DNA of 64,000 bases from Alphaproteobacteria bacterium (GTDB lineage Bacteria > Pseudomonadota > Alphaproteobacteria > JAUXUR01): contig JAUXUR010000077.1 of the NCBI GenBank assembly GCA_030680745.1, positions 4,197 to 68,196 of the forward strand, read 5' to 3'. A program made the translations under genes and the position numbers. The stretch's first letter is position 1; every line of letters begins with the position of its first letter. Shown in pieces: positions 49,056-57,984 of this stretch. Below the pieces are notes generated by a model that worked only from the letters and a program-made list of their open reading frames with translations, did not search any database and had not been told where the DNA came from.

Positions 49056-49613
49056 TTACTTAAGTATCTCTACAAGCTGAGCATATCTTTGAATTAGTTC
49101 ATCATAATATTCAATCATGTCAGGCTCGCAAGTTTGCTTATGTTTTGTATAGTCGTTTAAGTAATAATCAGCAACTTTCACAGGTGTGTATCCCCTCCAA
49201 TCTTGAATATTTCTTTCAGTCGGCGCTAAAGTTTTGTCAGCACCATTTTCAAGTAAAAATTGAGCAATCTTAGGATATCCGCCATAAGCAGCGTATAAAA
49301 GAGGAGTCCAAGTAAAAGTATCTCTATAATTAACGTCTGCACCATTATCTAACGCCTTTTGTATCTTAACGAGATCACGGTCTTTTTCGTCATTGGGAGC
49401 GCACGCAATCATGGCGCCTACGATCGGATTTATCATCCCAACCAATACAGCTGCGCCTGTTTTCTTATACCCTTTGACGGCTAAGATAAGCTCTTCATCT
49501 GGGGTCTGTATATTTCTTTCCATTGAGATTGCTTGATTTTGAAAATTTGTGGCCATAAAAGTAACCGACAAAATTGTCGACAAAACAATTGTTCTAAAAC
49601 TTTTAATTGTCAT
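49056..49613 (-). CDS. secreted ankyrin-repeat protein
   Basis: Signal peptide. ANK consensus GADVNYRDTFTWTPLLYAAYGGYPKIAQFLLENGADK, plus a second repeat. Confidence 0.7.
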   Translation of the reverse strand: MTIKSFRTIVLSTILSVTFMATNFQNQAISMERNIQTPDEELILAVKGYKKTGAAVLVGMINPIVGAMIACAPNDEKDRDLVKIQKALDNGADVNYRDTFTWTPLLYAAYGGYPKIAQFLLENGADKTLAPTERNIQDWRGYTPVKVADYYLNDYTKHKQTCEPDMIEYYDELIQRYAQLVEILK

Positions 49614-49864
49614 AAGTATTTTCCTTTATAATTTTACACTCGGGAAACATCAAGATGAACCCATTGCATTTTAACACGCTGATTAATGCTTAATCAGCAT
49701 GATTGGCATTTTATCAAATTAATTCAAATTAAAATATACGTATAAAATACTTAGATTTTGATTTTTTTTGAGGGATGATTTTAAGTATTTGTTTATTTTT
49801 CAATAGGTTAATAATTTTGTACGTTCTGCAATAAAAAATAAAATGAGATATATTGAGTGTAAGA

Positions 49865-50665
49865 TTACGCACCAAGCTCTTTGGAACGTTTACTCGCTGC
49901 TTTCAATGTTTCTTTCAGTAAAACGTTAAGCGCATCATCATGCTGTAGCACTTTAAGGCCTGCTTCAGTCATGCCATTAGGGCTTGTGACATTGCGTCTT
50001 AATGTTTCAAGGGGGGTGTCATCTTGCTCCATTAAATGTGCTGCACCAATCATTGTTTTGCGTGCAAGAATTTTAGCAATCTCGGGTGGTAATCCATTTT
50101 GAATTCCTGCTTTTTCAAGCATTTCTGTAAAATAAAAAAGATATGCGGGGCCAGATCCTGAAACGGCAGAGATCGCATCCATAAGGGATTCATCTTCAAT
50201 CCATAAAACATCGCCCGTGGATTGCAATAAAATGCTTGCTTCATCTATTATAGTTGGGGAAACAAATTTGTTGGCGATGCATGCGATGATACCTTTGCCG
50301 ATGGAAGCAGGTGTATTGGGCATTGTGCGGATAATAGGCGTATGGGAACCTAAATATTGTTCAAAATAATGAAGTGTTTTGCCAGCGGCAATAGATAAAA
50401 AAGTTTTTGAGTTTTTAACGATTTTGGGTAAGTTTTCAAGAAGTTCAGTCATATGTTGTGGCTTAACAGCAAGAATCGTTAAATCTGGTTTACTTTTAAC
50501 CTGCTCAATTGATGTATAGAAATGTAAGTTTTTATTTTCAGAAAATAGACTAGCATTTGCGTGATGATCTATAATATCTATATGAAAATCCGCATGTTGC
50601 TCTACAACACCTTTAAGAATAGCACCGCCCATTTTGCCACAACCAATGAGCAAAAGGCGTTGCAT
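49865..50665 (-). CDS. proC: pyrroline-5-carboxylate reductase
   Basis: N-terminal Rossmann LIGCGKMGGAI. C-terminal P5CR dimerisation motifs (SPNGMTEAGL). Confidence 0.85.
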   Translation of the reverse strand: MQRLLLIGCGKMGGAILKGVVEQHADFHIDIIDHHANASLFSENKNLHFYTSIEQVKSKPDLTILAVKPQHMTELLENLPKIVKNSKTFLSIAAGKTLHYFEQYLGSHTPIIRTMPNTPASIGKGIIACIANKFVSPTIIDEASILLQSTGDVLWIEDESLMDAISAVSGSGPAYLFYFTEMLEKAGIQNGLPPEIAKILARKTMIGAAHLMEQDDTPLETLRRNVTSPNGMTEAGLKVLQHDDALNVLLKETLKAASKRSKELGA

Positions 50666-51168
50666 TAGGCTTCTCCAAGCGTTTCAAATAAGGCAACTTC
50701 AAAGGCTTCTTTCGTGGTTTTATTATCTAAGATAACCATTTGGAAGGCTGGATAAAAACGTTCGCATTCATCAAGCGCTATTTCAACGAGATCTTCAATT
50801 TGTTCATTGCTCATTTTAAGCATGCCCCGGAAAGGTAAAGCATGGCGGTAACAAGGAATGCCTTGTTCTTGAATATACGCAAAATGCCCAAACCAAAGTT
50901 TTTCATTGGCTTTTGCCATTAATTCATAAAGGGGGGCTCGTTTGGGTTTAGGGACTTTAATGTCAAAAAGGACTGTAAAATGCAGAACGCTTAATTCATC
51001 GCGCCATAAAAAATGAAGCCTGTAATCGCACCAACGTCCTGTAACATCTACATGAAGTTCATCTTCTGAAATACGCTCAAAGCTCCATTCGCGAGAAGCT
51101 AAAATTTCTTCAATGCAATCCAAAGGATTGTTAAGTTCAGAGAGTGATTCTGCAAGAGATAAAGACAT
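50665..51168 (-). CDS. YbjN-domain protein (conserved alphaproteobacterial partner of proC)
   Basis: 167 aa acidic protein. 1-nt overlap with proC. Conserved position upstream of proC. Confidence 0.5.
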   Translation of the reverse strand: MSLSLAESLSELNNPLDCIEEILASREWSFERISEDELHVDVTGRWCDYRLHFLWRDELSVLHFTVLFDIKVPKPKRAPLYELMAKANEKLWFGHFAYIQEQGIPCYRHALPFRGMLKMSNEQIEDLVEIALDECERFYPAFQMVILDNKTTKEAFEVALFETLGEA

Positions 51169-51204
51169 GTAGCACCAAATTTATTATTTCCAAGTAACAG
51201 CCAA

Positions 51205-51305
51205 CCCTATGGACAAATTCGTCGTCAAGTCTGCGCTTCCGGTACTCATGTACTTAAGTACATTCCGTGTCGGTTCTCGTCTTTTCTAGACTTTGCCACA
51301 TATGC
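51205..51305. repeat. Repeat family B copy
   Basis: ccctatggacaaattcgtcgtcaagtctgcgcttccggtactcatgtacttaagtacat...ggttctcg...ctagactttgcc. Confidence 0.7.
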
Positions 51306-51492
51306 TTGGTTGTTAGTCTAGAGGGGGGGTGGGTAGTTACGTTTCCCAAGAAGGTCCCATATATGCTAGGTAAAATCAAGAAAAAAATGGGCCCACCTAC
51401 TTATAATTTTTAAAAATTTAGTATACAATTAGAAAACTTTGTATAAAAAAATTGCTTTGGTGTTATAGGCCAGCGAATAGAGAGCTGTAAAG

Positions 51493-52605
51493 ATGTTAAA
51501 ATTGATCCCCAATCCAGGTATTTTAGATATTGCACCTTATAAAGCAGGTGGTTTTTTACCTGAGGATTCTAAAATTTGGGGTCTGGCGAGCAATGAAAAT
51601 TTATTGGGACCATCACAACACACTTTAAGCGCCTATCAAAAAGCGTATACGCGTCTTAATCGTTATCCGGATCAAGGTGCTGTAGCACTTAAAAAAGCAA
51701 TTGCCGATCTTCATCATTTATCGTCTGAAAACATTCTTTTGGGGAATGGTTCAGATGAAATTTTGTCTTTATTGTTTAGAGCCTATGTTGGGATTGATGA
51801 GGAAGTCATTCTTTCTGAAAATGGCTTTTTTTTGTTTCCCATTTTAACAAAAGCACAAGGGGCAAAAGCTGTCCTTGCCAAAGAAAATAATCTGACAACA
51901 CAGATTGATGCAATTTTAGAAAATATTTCACCTAAAACGCGTATTATTTGTATTGCCAATCCTAACAATCCTACAGGTACTTTTGTGCCTTTAGTTGAAT
52001 TGAAGCGTTTATGTGAATCTGTTCCTTCTAACGTTTTGATTATTATTGATTCGGCCTATGCTGAATATATGGTTGAGGGTGAGTATGGGACGGGTTCTTC
52101 TTTGGTGGATCAATATCCTAACGTTGTGATGACGCGTACATTATCAAAAATTTACGGACTTGCAGCACTTCGTGTTGGTTGGGCTTATGTCTCAACTGAT
52201 ATAATTTCCGTGATCAATCGTATCAGGCTTGCTTTTCATGTAAATTCTGTTGCGCAAGAAGTATCAATTGCAGCACTTGCTGATCAGATGTTTGTGCAAA
52301 AATGCGTTGCGCATAATTTATATTGGCGTAATTGGTTTGAAAAAGAATTGGATCAACTTGGGCTAGAATATCAAAAAACTTATACGAATTTTAGTTTGTT
52401 GCTTTTTAAAGAAAATTCGGGTGTTACGGCACAAGATTTACAAGAATATTTGCTTGATCGTCATATATTAACGCGCGCATTAAATCTTCCGGGATTATCA
52501 GGGTCATGTTTACGTATTACGATTGGGCCGCAAGAGGCTATGGAAGAGCTCGTTCTAAGGTTGAAAGATTTTTTTCATGAGGGTAAAAAAGCACTCTCAA
52601 ATTAA
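51493..52605 (+). CDS. hisC: histidinol-phosphate aminotransferase
   Basis: Class II aminotransferase PLP-Lys motif TLSKIYGLAALRVGW. NPNNPTG motif. 370 aa. Confidence 0.85.
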   Translation: MLKLIPNPGILDIAPYKAGGFLPEDSKIWGLASNENLLGPSQHTLSAYQKAYTRLNRYPDQGAVALKKAIADLHHLSSENILLGNGSDEILSLLFRAYVGIDEEVILSENGFFLFPILTKAQGAKAVLAKENNLTTQIDAILENISPKTRIICIANPNNPTGTFVPLVELKRLCESVPSNVLIIIDSAYAEYMVEGEYGTGSSLVDQYPNVVMTRTLSKIYGLAALRVGWAYVSTDIISVINRIRLAFHVNSVAQEVSIAALADQMFVQKCVAHNLYWRNWFEKELDQLGLEYQKTYTNFSLLLFKENSGVTAQDLQEYLLDRHILTRALNLPGLSGSCLRITIGPQEAMEELVLRLKDFFHEGKKALSN

Positions 52606-52769
52606 TTCTATAGCTTAGCAAGTGATCCTGTGTCTTTAGAGTTGTGACGTTGTGTGCTTTAAGATACATGAATACATGAATATGCACATCTAACGATGAA
52701 TTTAAGCGTAGGATAATTCATTTTAAATATAATAAATAATACGCAAGTAAAAAAGTGGAGGGAGATAAG

Positions 52770-54017
52770 GTGAAAAAAATAAATATTGCTTATATATTAA
52801 AAGGATATCCACGTCTTTCCGAAACTTTTATCGCACAAGAAATTTATGCGCTCGAACAAAAAGGGTATCAGATTCATCTTTTTGCATTAAAGCAGCCCAA
52901 GGATCGTAAAAAACATCATTTTCATAGCTGGGTTGAAGCGCCTATCACGTATCTTCTTGAGCATCCAGTTTTAGAACCGATTAGACTTATACAAGCAATT
53001 CGTTTTTATCAAAAAAAATTAAATTATCCAAATTTATTGCCATTAATTTGGCAGGATATGAAACGTCAGAAATCGATGAAGCCGTTGAAAAGATTTTTTC
53101 AAGCGCTTGTTTTTTTGAATGAATGTCCTAAAGACGTTGATCATATTCATGGCCATTTTATTCATGCGCCCACAAGTGTTGCCTATTATGCACATTTGCT
53201 GTCTGGCAAAACGCTTACAATTTCAGCGCATGCAAAAGATATTTGGGAATCAGAAACTTGGGATTTGGAACGTAAAATAAAAGCGGCGACCTGGGTTGCA
53301 TCTTGTCATCATGAAGCCGCAGAATATTTGCGTAATCTAACGGATAATCCAGAAAAAATTCAACTTGTGCATCATGGGTTGGATTTTAAAAGATTTCCTA
53401 TAAAGCCGCCTGTGCTCAATGGTCATGATGGATCGAGTGCTGATCAAAAAATTCGATTGATTACATTGGGCAGGCTGGTTCCTAAAAAGGGTTTTGATGT
53501 GTTATTGAAAGCATTGTCGATGCTTCCTAAACGTATCCATTGGCACTTATCTTTAGGCGGCGGTGGTGAAGAAAAACGCCGATTAAAGTCTTTAGCACAA
53601 GAATTGGGTATTGCTGAGCATGTTGATTTTTTAGGACCTCTTTCTGCATATGAAGTCAAAAATCTATATGATAATGGCGATATTTTTATATTGCCGGCAA
53701 AAGTGACTGAATCAGGGGATCGTGATGGGATTCCTAACGTGTTGATGGAGGCCATGAGCCATGGCGTTTCAGTTATCAGCACATTCGTTGGTGGTATTGC
53801 GGAACTTATCACGCATGAAAAAAATGGGTTAATGGTGCCGTCTGACGATCCGCAAGCATTGATGTTTTCGATTGAACATTTGGTGATGAATCCTGCATTA
53901 AGACATGAGCTTGCAACAAAAGCGCAAAAAAAATTAAAAACAGAATTTGACTTGAAAAAAGGGGTTGAAAAACTTGACGCATTGTTCAAGCACAATTCTT
54001 TTTTACGCGCCGCTTAG
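52770..54017 (+). CDS. glycosyltransferase family 4 (GT-B fold)
   Basis: C-terminal E-x7-E region (NGLMVPSDD...). GRLVPKKG motif. Start set at the GTG at 52770 after ggaggga. Confidence 0.65.
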   Translation: MKKINIAYILKGYPRLSETFIAQEIYALEQKGYQIHLFALKQPKDRKKHHFHSWVEAPITYLLEHPVLEPIRLIQAIRFYQKKLNYPNLLPLIWQDMKRQKSMKPLKRFFQALVFLNECPKDVDHIHGHFIHAPTSVAYYAHLLSGKTLTISAHAKDIWESETWDLERKIKAATWVASCHHEAAEYLRNLTDNPEKIQLVHHGLDFKRFPIKPPVLNGHDGSSADQKIRLITLGRLVPKKGFDVLLKALSMLPKRIHWHLSLGGGGEEKRRLKSLAQELGIAEHVDFLGPLSAYEVKNLYDNGDIFILPAKVTESGDRDGIPNVLMEAMSHGVSVISTFVGGIAELITHEKNGLMVPSDDPQALMFSIEHLVMNPALRHELATKAQKKLKTEFDLKKGVEKLDALFKHNSFLRAA

Positions 54018-55101
54018 CAATAAACATAATGATCATGTTTCTGGCGATAAAATTATTGCAGCATCTTTTGTTAAGCTTTTTGAAGGATTAGGCTATAAGG
54101 TTTTAACGCCAAGTACATTTTCGTCTCGTGAGTCAAAAGGCCTTGCAAGTGTTCAGTCGATTATTATAGATGCTGCTTGCCATGAGATTGAGCGTATTGA
54201 GGGTTTGTTGAAATTTGAAAAGCCAATATTGTGGGTGACATATCATCATTATCACAAAGCACCTGATCTTTTAGGATCTGTAATAGCCGAAAAATTTAAT
54301 ATTCCTTATATGTTGATCGAAGCATCTTTAAATCCTGCTGAGCGTTGCGGGGATTGGAGAATTTTTTATCCTTTTGTTGAAAAAGCGCTTCAAAAAGCTG
54401 ATGTGATTTTAAGTTTAAATCCTAAAGATAAGGAAATAATCGATCAGAAAGGATATGGAGAGAAAAATATTCTTTTTCCTTTAATGATGCAGTCCCAATT
54501 TTTTCAACAAATCGATAAGCGGGTTAGCCGACAATTTATAGCTGACAAGCACTCGTTGGACGTAAACAAGTCTTGGATTTTAGTGGTCGCGCAAATGCGT
54601 GAACATAAAAAATATGATTCATATATTTATTTAAAAGAATCTTTAGATTTATTAAACAATCAGAATTATGAATTACTTATTATCGGTGCTGGCGAAAAAG
54701 AATCAGTTATAAGATATTGTTTTAGTGCTATGAAGCAAGCCTATTTTTTTGGCGTAATTGAACCGAAAGATATGCCGATTTATTATGCAGCTTCTGATAT
54801 TTTTGCATGGCCAGGCTTAAGGGAAGCGATGGGCATGGTGTATTTAGAGGCTCAATCCATGGGATTGCCAGTCGTGATGGATCAACGAAGTGGTGGGCGT
54901 TATTTTATGCAGCCAAACGAAACAGGTTTTGTAGTGCATGACAACCAAGAATATGCGGTTCATTTGGATATGTTGTTAAATGATGGAATGTTAAGGCAAA
55001 AAATGGGTCGTAATGCGCAAGATTTTGTTCGTGAAAAATATCGTTTTGAGATTGCTGAAGAAAAAATGAAGGAATGTTTGGTGGGTAAATTTTTTAGATA
55101 A
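53965..55101 (+). CDS. glycosyltransferase (GT4-like); overlaps the upstream glycosyltransferase by 53 nt
   Basis: GT-B C-terminal domain motifs (PGLREAMGMVYLEAQSMGLPVV, ETGFVV). Confidence 0.55.
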   Translation: MKNLTHCSSTILFYAPLSNKHNDHVSGDKIIAASFVKLFEGLGYKVLTPSTFSSRESKGLASVQSIIIDAACHEIERIEGLLKFEKPILWVTYHHYHKAPDLLGSVIAEKFNIPYMLIEASLNPAERCGDWRIFYPFVEKALQKADVILSLNPKDKEIIDQKGYGEKNILFPLMMQSQFFQQIDKRVSRQFIADKHSLDVNKSWILVVAQMREHKKYDSYIYLKESLDLLNNQNYELLIIGAGEKESVIRYCFSAMKQAYFFGVIEPKDMPIYYAASDIFAWPGLREAMGMVYLEAQSMGLPVVMDQRSGGRYFMQPNETGFVVHDNQEYAVHLDMLLNDGMLRQKMGRNAQDFVREKYRFEIAEEKMKECLVGKFFR

Positions 55102-55283
55102 AAAATGTATATTTTTATTTATAAAATTCTATAGCGTAATCCCTGTGAAAATACATCATTTCAACTCTTGTTTTGTGCTTATTAAGGTCCGTCAAACCCA
55201 CCTATTCAATTGATTTCAAATTTCCTATTTTGCGCTTTGAGTCTCACAGGGCATTGCAATCTTATCTGGCTCGTCTATAAGTA

Positions 55284-55631
55284 TCATTCAATGTCACAGG
55301 TTAGTGTTTTGCCTGAAAGCGATAATTTAGAGCTTCTCACCCTTAGGACTATATCGTCCTTATCTTTGCTCATGGAGCATTCTTTTCCTTTAAAGGTTTC
55401 GTCAGCCGGTTTGATGGTAAATGCAAACCCTTTAATATAACCAAAGGGCGTAGTTGCTGTTTTGTGTCCACCAGCCGGAATTTTCACTATACATGGATCT
55501 GCATTACCGCAAAAGGTCATATGTATTTGCACGTCAGTATCTGCGTTGTTGATCATTGTGTAGCTTCCTGCAAAAACTGTTGGAATCAAAAACATCGACA
55601 TTGTAAATAACAATCCAACTTTTTTTCTCAT
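55284..55631 (-). CDS. small secreted protein, unknown
   Basis: Signal peptide (VFAGS). 4 Cys. Confidence 0.35.
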   Translation of the reverse strand: MRKKVGLLFTMSMFLIPTVFAGSYTMINNADTDVQIHMTFCGNADPCIVKIPAGGHKTATTPFGYIKGFAFTIKPADETFKGKECSMSKDKDDIVLRVRSSKLSLSGKTLTCDIE

Positions 55632-55867
55632 TTTCTTGCTCCTGATTAAAAAATCATACTTATAGTTTAATCAACAAAAGTTAAAAAATGTTTAAGATAA
55701 TGGCATGGGAAAAAATAAAAAATACATTAATTGTTATGCTTTTCTATTTTAAGTCTAGAACAACATAAATATTTAGATATTGCTGTATAAAAAATGTCTA
55801 TTTTTATTTACTTTTTTTAGTATTTATAGTAAATTATATTTATTATTAATCCATATTAGGGTATTCA

Positions 55868-56677
55868 ATGATTAAAAATAATATGCAAAAAAAGAAATTG
55901 TTAGAATTTGATCAACAAAAGAATGCCTGGCTTAATGCTATTTGTGCGCCTTTATTTAAAAATACGCCTATTACTTCTTTTGCATATATGGAGTTTTACA
56001 ACGAAAAAGAATTTTTTCATATGTGCACTGATGTTGCGTGGTCAGAAGTGTTTTTAGGATTTGAATCCAATGGCGCGGCATTTGAGAAAGAAGTTTCTAT
56101 CGCATTTAACACACCTAAGTTTCATTCATATTATTGGCCTCTTGAAGGTGATGATCATGTTATGTCGTGTTTGAAGAAGCACAATATTTGGCATGGGTTA
56201 AGCATTTATAAAAAAGACAATGGATTTTTGCGTGTATTTTGTTTTTCTGGAGATTTAAACTCATCTTTAATTTATAATTTTTATTTAAACAAAATGAATA
56301 TATTGGAAGAATTTATTTGGCATTTTGAATCTCAAAGTCGCATTATTCTTAGTGATGAGAATACACGCGACAATAGATCTTCATTTTCAATTCCTATGAA
56401 TTTGTCTTACAATGATATGTTCTCAAATAAAGATGATCCAAAATTTAATGCTCAAAAAATTCCATTTTATATTGATGGAACGCGTCAATTTATTACACCA
56501 CGCGAAAAAGATTGTCTTGCTTTGTTTTCAGAAGGCTATTCAGCAAAATCAATTGCACAAAATTTAGGCGTTTCACATCGTACAATTGAAAAAACAATTG
56601 AGTATCTCAAATTAAAGACAAAGCAAACAAATAAATCAAATCTTATAAATCTTTGGAAATTAAATAAAATTTTCTAA
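55868..56677 (+). CDS. LuxR-family transcriptional regulator (solo; no cognate synthase in window)
   Basis: C-terminal HTH TPREKDCLALFSEGYSAKSIAQNLGVSHRTIEKTIEYL. Confidence 0.6.
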   Translation: MIKNNMQKKKLLEFDQQKNAWLNAICAPLFKNTPITSFAYMEFYNEKEFFHMCTDVAWSEVFLGFESNGAAFEKEVSIAFNTPKFHSYYWPLEGDDHVMSCLKKHNIWHGLSIYKKDNGFLRVFCFSGDLNSSLIYNFYLNKMNILEEFIWHFESQSRIILSDENTRDNRSSFSIPMNLSYNDMFSNKDDPKFNAQKIPFYIDGTRQFITPREKDCLALFSEGYSAKSIAQNLGVSHRTIEKTIEYLKLKTKQTNKSNLINLWKLNKIF

Positions 56678-56796
56678 TTGACCTATTGCTTTTTCAAATT
56701 TTGTAACATGATCTTTTGTTTAAAAGACAATTTTATTGACGTAATTGACAAAATTATTTATACTATATTATTATAAATTTATTAATTAGGTGAATT

Positions 56797-57687
56797 ATGT
56801 TTAAGTTAAAAACGATTCTTATGCTTTTTGTAGTGTTGACTGGTTCAATCGTCCATGCAGATTACAGTAATTTTTGTGTCAATATGCCTTTATCTGCAAA
56901 TGATGCTACAAATGTTTCTAAAGGCGTTCCTACAAAACAACCCGCAGCAAAAGCCTTTCCTGTGCCAGATTCTGCTGATAAAACAAGTTCATTTTATTTT
57001 GTAGAGCGTATAAGTCCAGCAAATTATCACATTACTTTGGAGCATTTTAAGGGCAAACAAAAAGCTGACATGTTTAATGACGATGATTTTATGAAGATAA
57101 AAGGATTTGCAGAAGGTTTTAAATCAAAAAAAATAAATATGTCACCCTTAGGATATCAAGGGAAGGCAGCTGAACTTTTACTTTTTGTTTATTATAAAGG
57201 TGATGATGGTCGTAAGACATGTTTAACGCTTAAAGAAGATAATCTTGGTCAAATTGATAATTTGTCTGAAATTTATTATGCGAATTTAGTGGTGCGCACA
57301 AATCATGATGCTAATTTGGGTTTAGATTGGGGTAGTTATGCTTTGAACTCAAAACAAGATCCATATTTTGGAAAATATGCATTAAGACGATATCCCTTCG
57401 TGCCACATATAACAATTGCTAATGTTTTTAAATATTCAAATAGAGCATATCACATTATTCAAGAGGGTCATAATTTGGTAATTAAGAACAAAAAACATCC
57501 TGGTGCGTGTGCAAAAACAACAGCTTTTACGCCTGCTGAATTTGGGTATCTTAAAACTTTTTTTAATGATGTGAATGCTCGTTTTAAACGTAAAGTTAAA
57601 TCTGATATTACGTTAAGTCATTTAAAAGTGACAACCAAAATTAATAAAAATGTTAGAATTTTAAGAAATATCGATTTACTCAATTAA
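56797..57687 (+). CDS. Secreted protein with two H-x-T-x motifs (possible 2H phosphoesterase/LigT-like fold)
   Basis: Signal peptide. ANYHITLEHF and FVPHITIANV are spaced about 120 aa apart. Confidence 0.35.
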   Translation: MFKLKTILMLFVVLTGSIVHADYSNFCVNMPLSANDATNVSKGVPTKQPAAKAFPVPDSADKTSSFYFVERISPANYHITLEHFKGKQKADMFNDDDFMKIKGFAEGFKSKKINMSPLGYQGKAAELLLFVYYKGDDGRKTCLTLKEDNLGQIDNLSEIYYANLVVRTNHDANLGLDWGSYALNSKQDPYFGKYALRRYPFVPHITIANVFKYSNRAYHIIQEGHNLVIKNKKHPGACAKTTAFTPAEFGYLKTFFNDVNARFKRKVKSDITLSHLKVTTKINKNVRILRNIDLLN

Positions 57688-57714
57688 GTTGGTTTTGAAT
57701 TAAAAATTTCTTTC

Positions 57715-57860
57715 CCCTGCTCCCCCCTCCTGCTACGCCCCGCGACTTGATCGCGGGGTCCATGATAAAACAGTAAAATGACAAATATATGTCGTTATTT
57801 TTCAACAAGTTTTATGGATCCCGCGATCAAGTCGCGGGACGTAGGGGGTGGGATGTTCAA
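57715..57860. repeat. GC-rich ~145-bp perfect palindrome (two inverted copies of the hairpin ccccgcgacttgatcgcgggg) between convergent genes; probable bidirectional terminator or structured element
   Basis: The arms ctgctacgccccgcgacttgatcgcggggtcc and ggatcccgcgatcaagtcgcgggacgtagg are exact reverse complements. The local GC is far above the genome background. Confidence 0.7.
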
Positions 57861-57984
57861 AATTTGAATCCTTCCCCCTGGGGAGGTAGAAATTTTTTTC
57901 TTTCCCTGGATCATTGCTCGGGCCTATTGGGTTTGTAACGCGTCCAGGGAAAGAAATGTTTGTGTCTAAGCTTAATAGTGCCCT

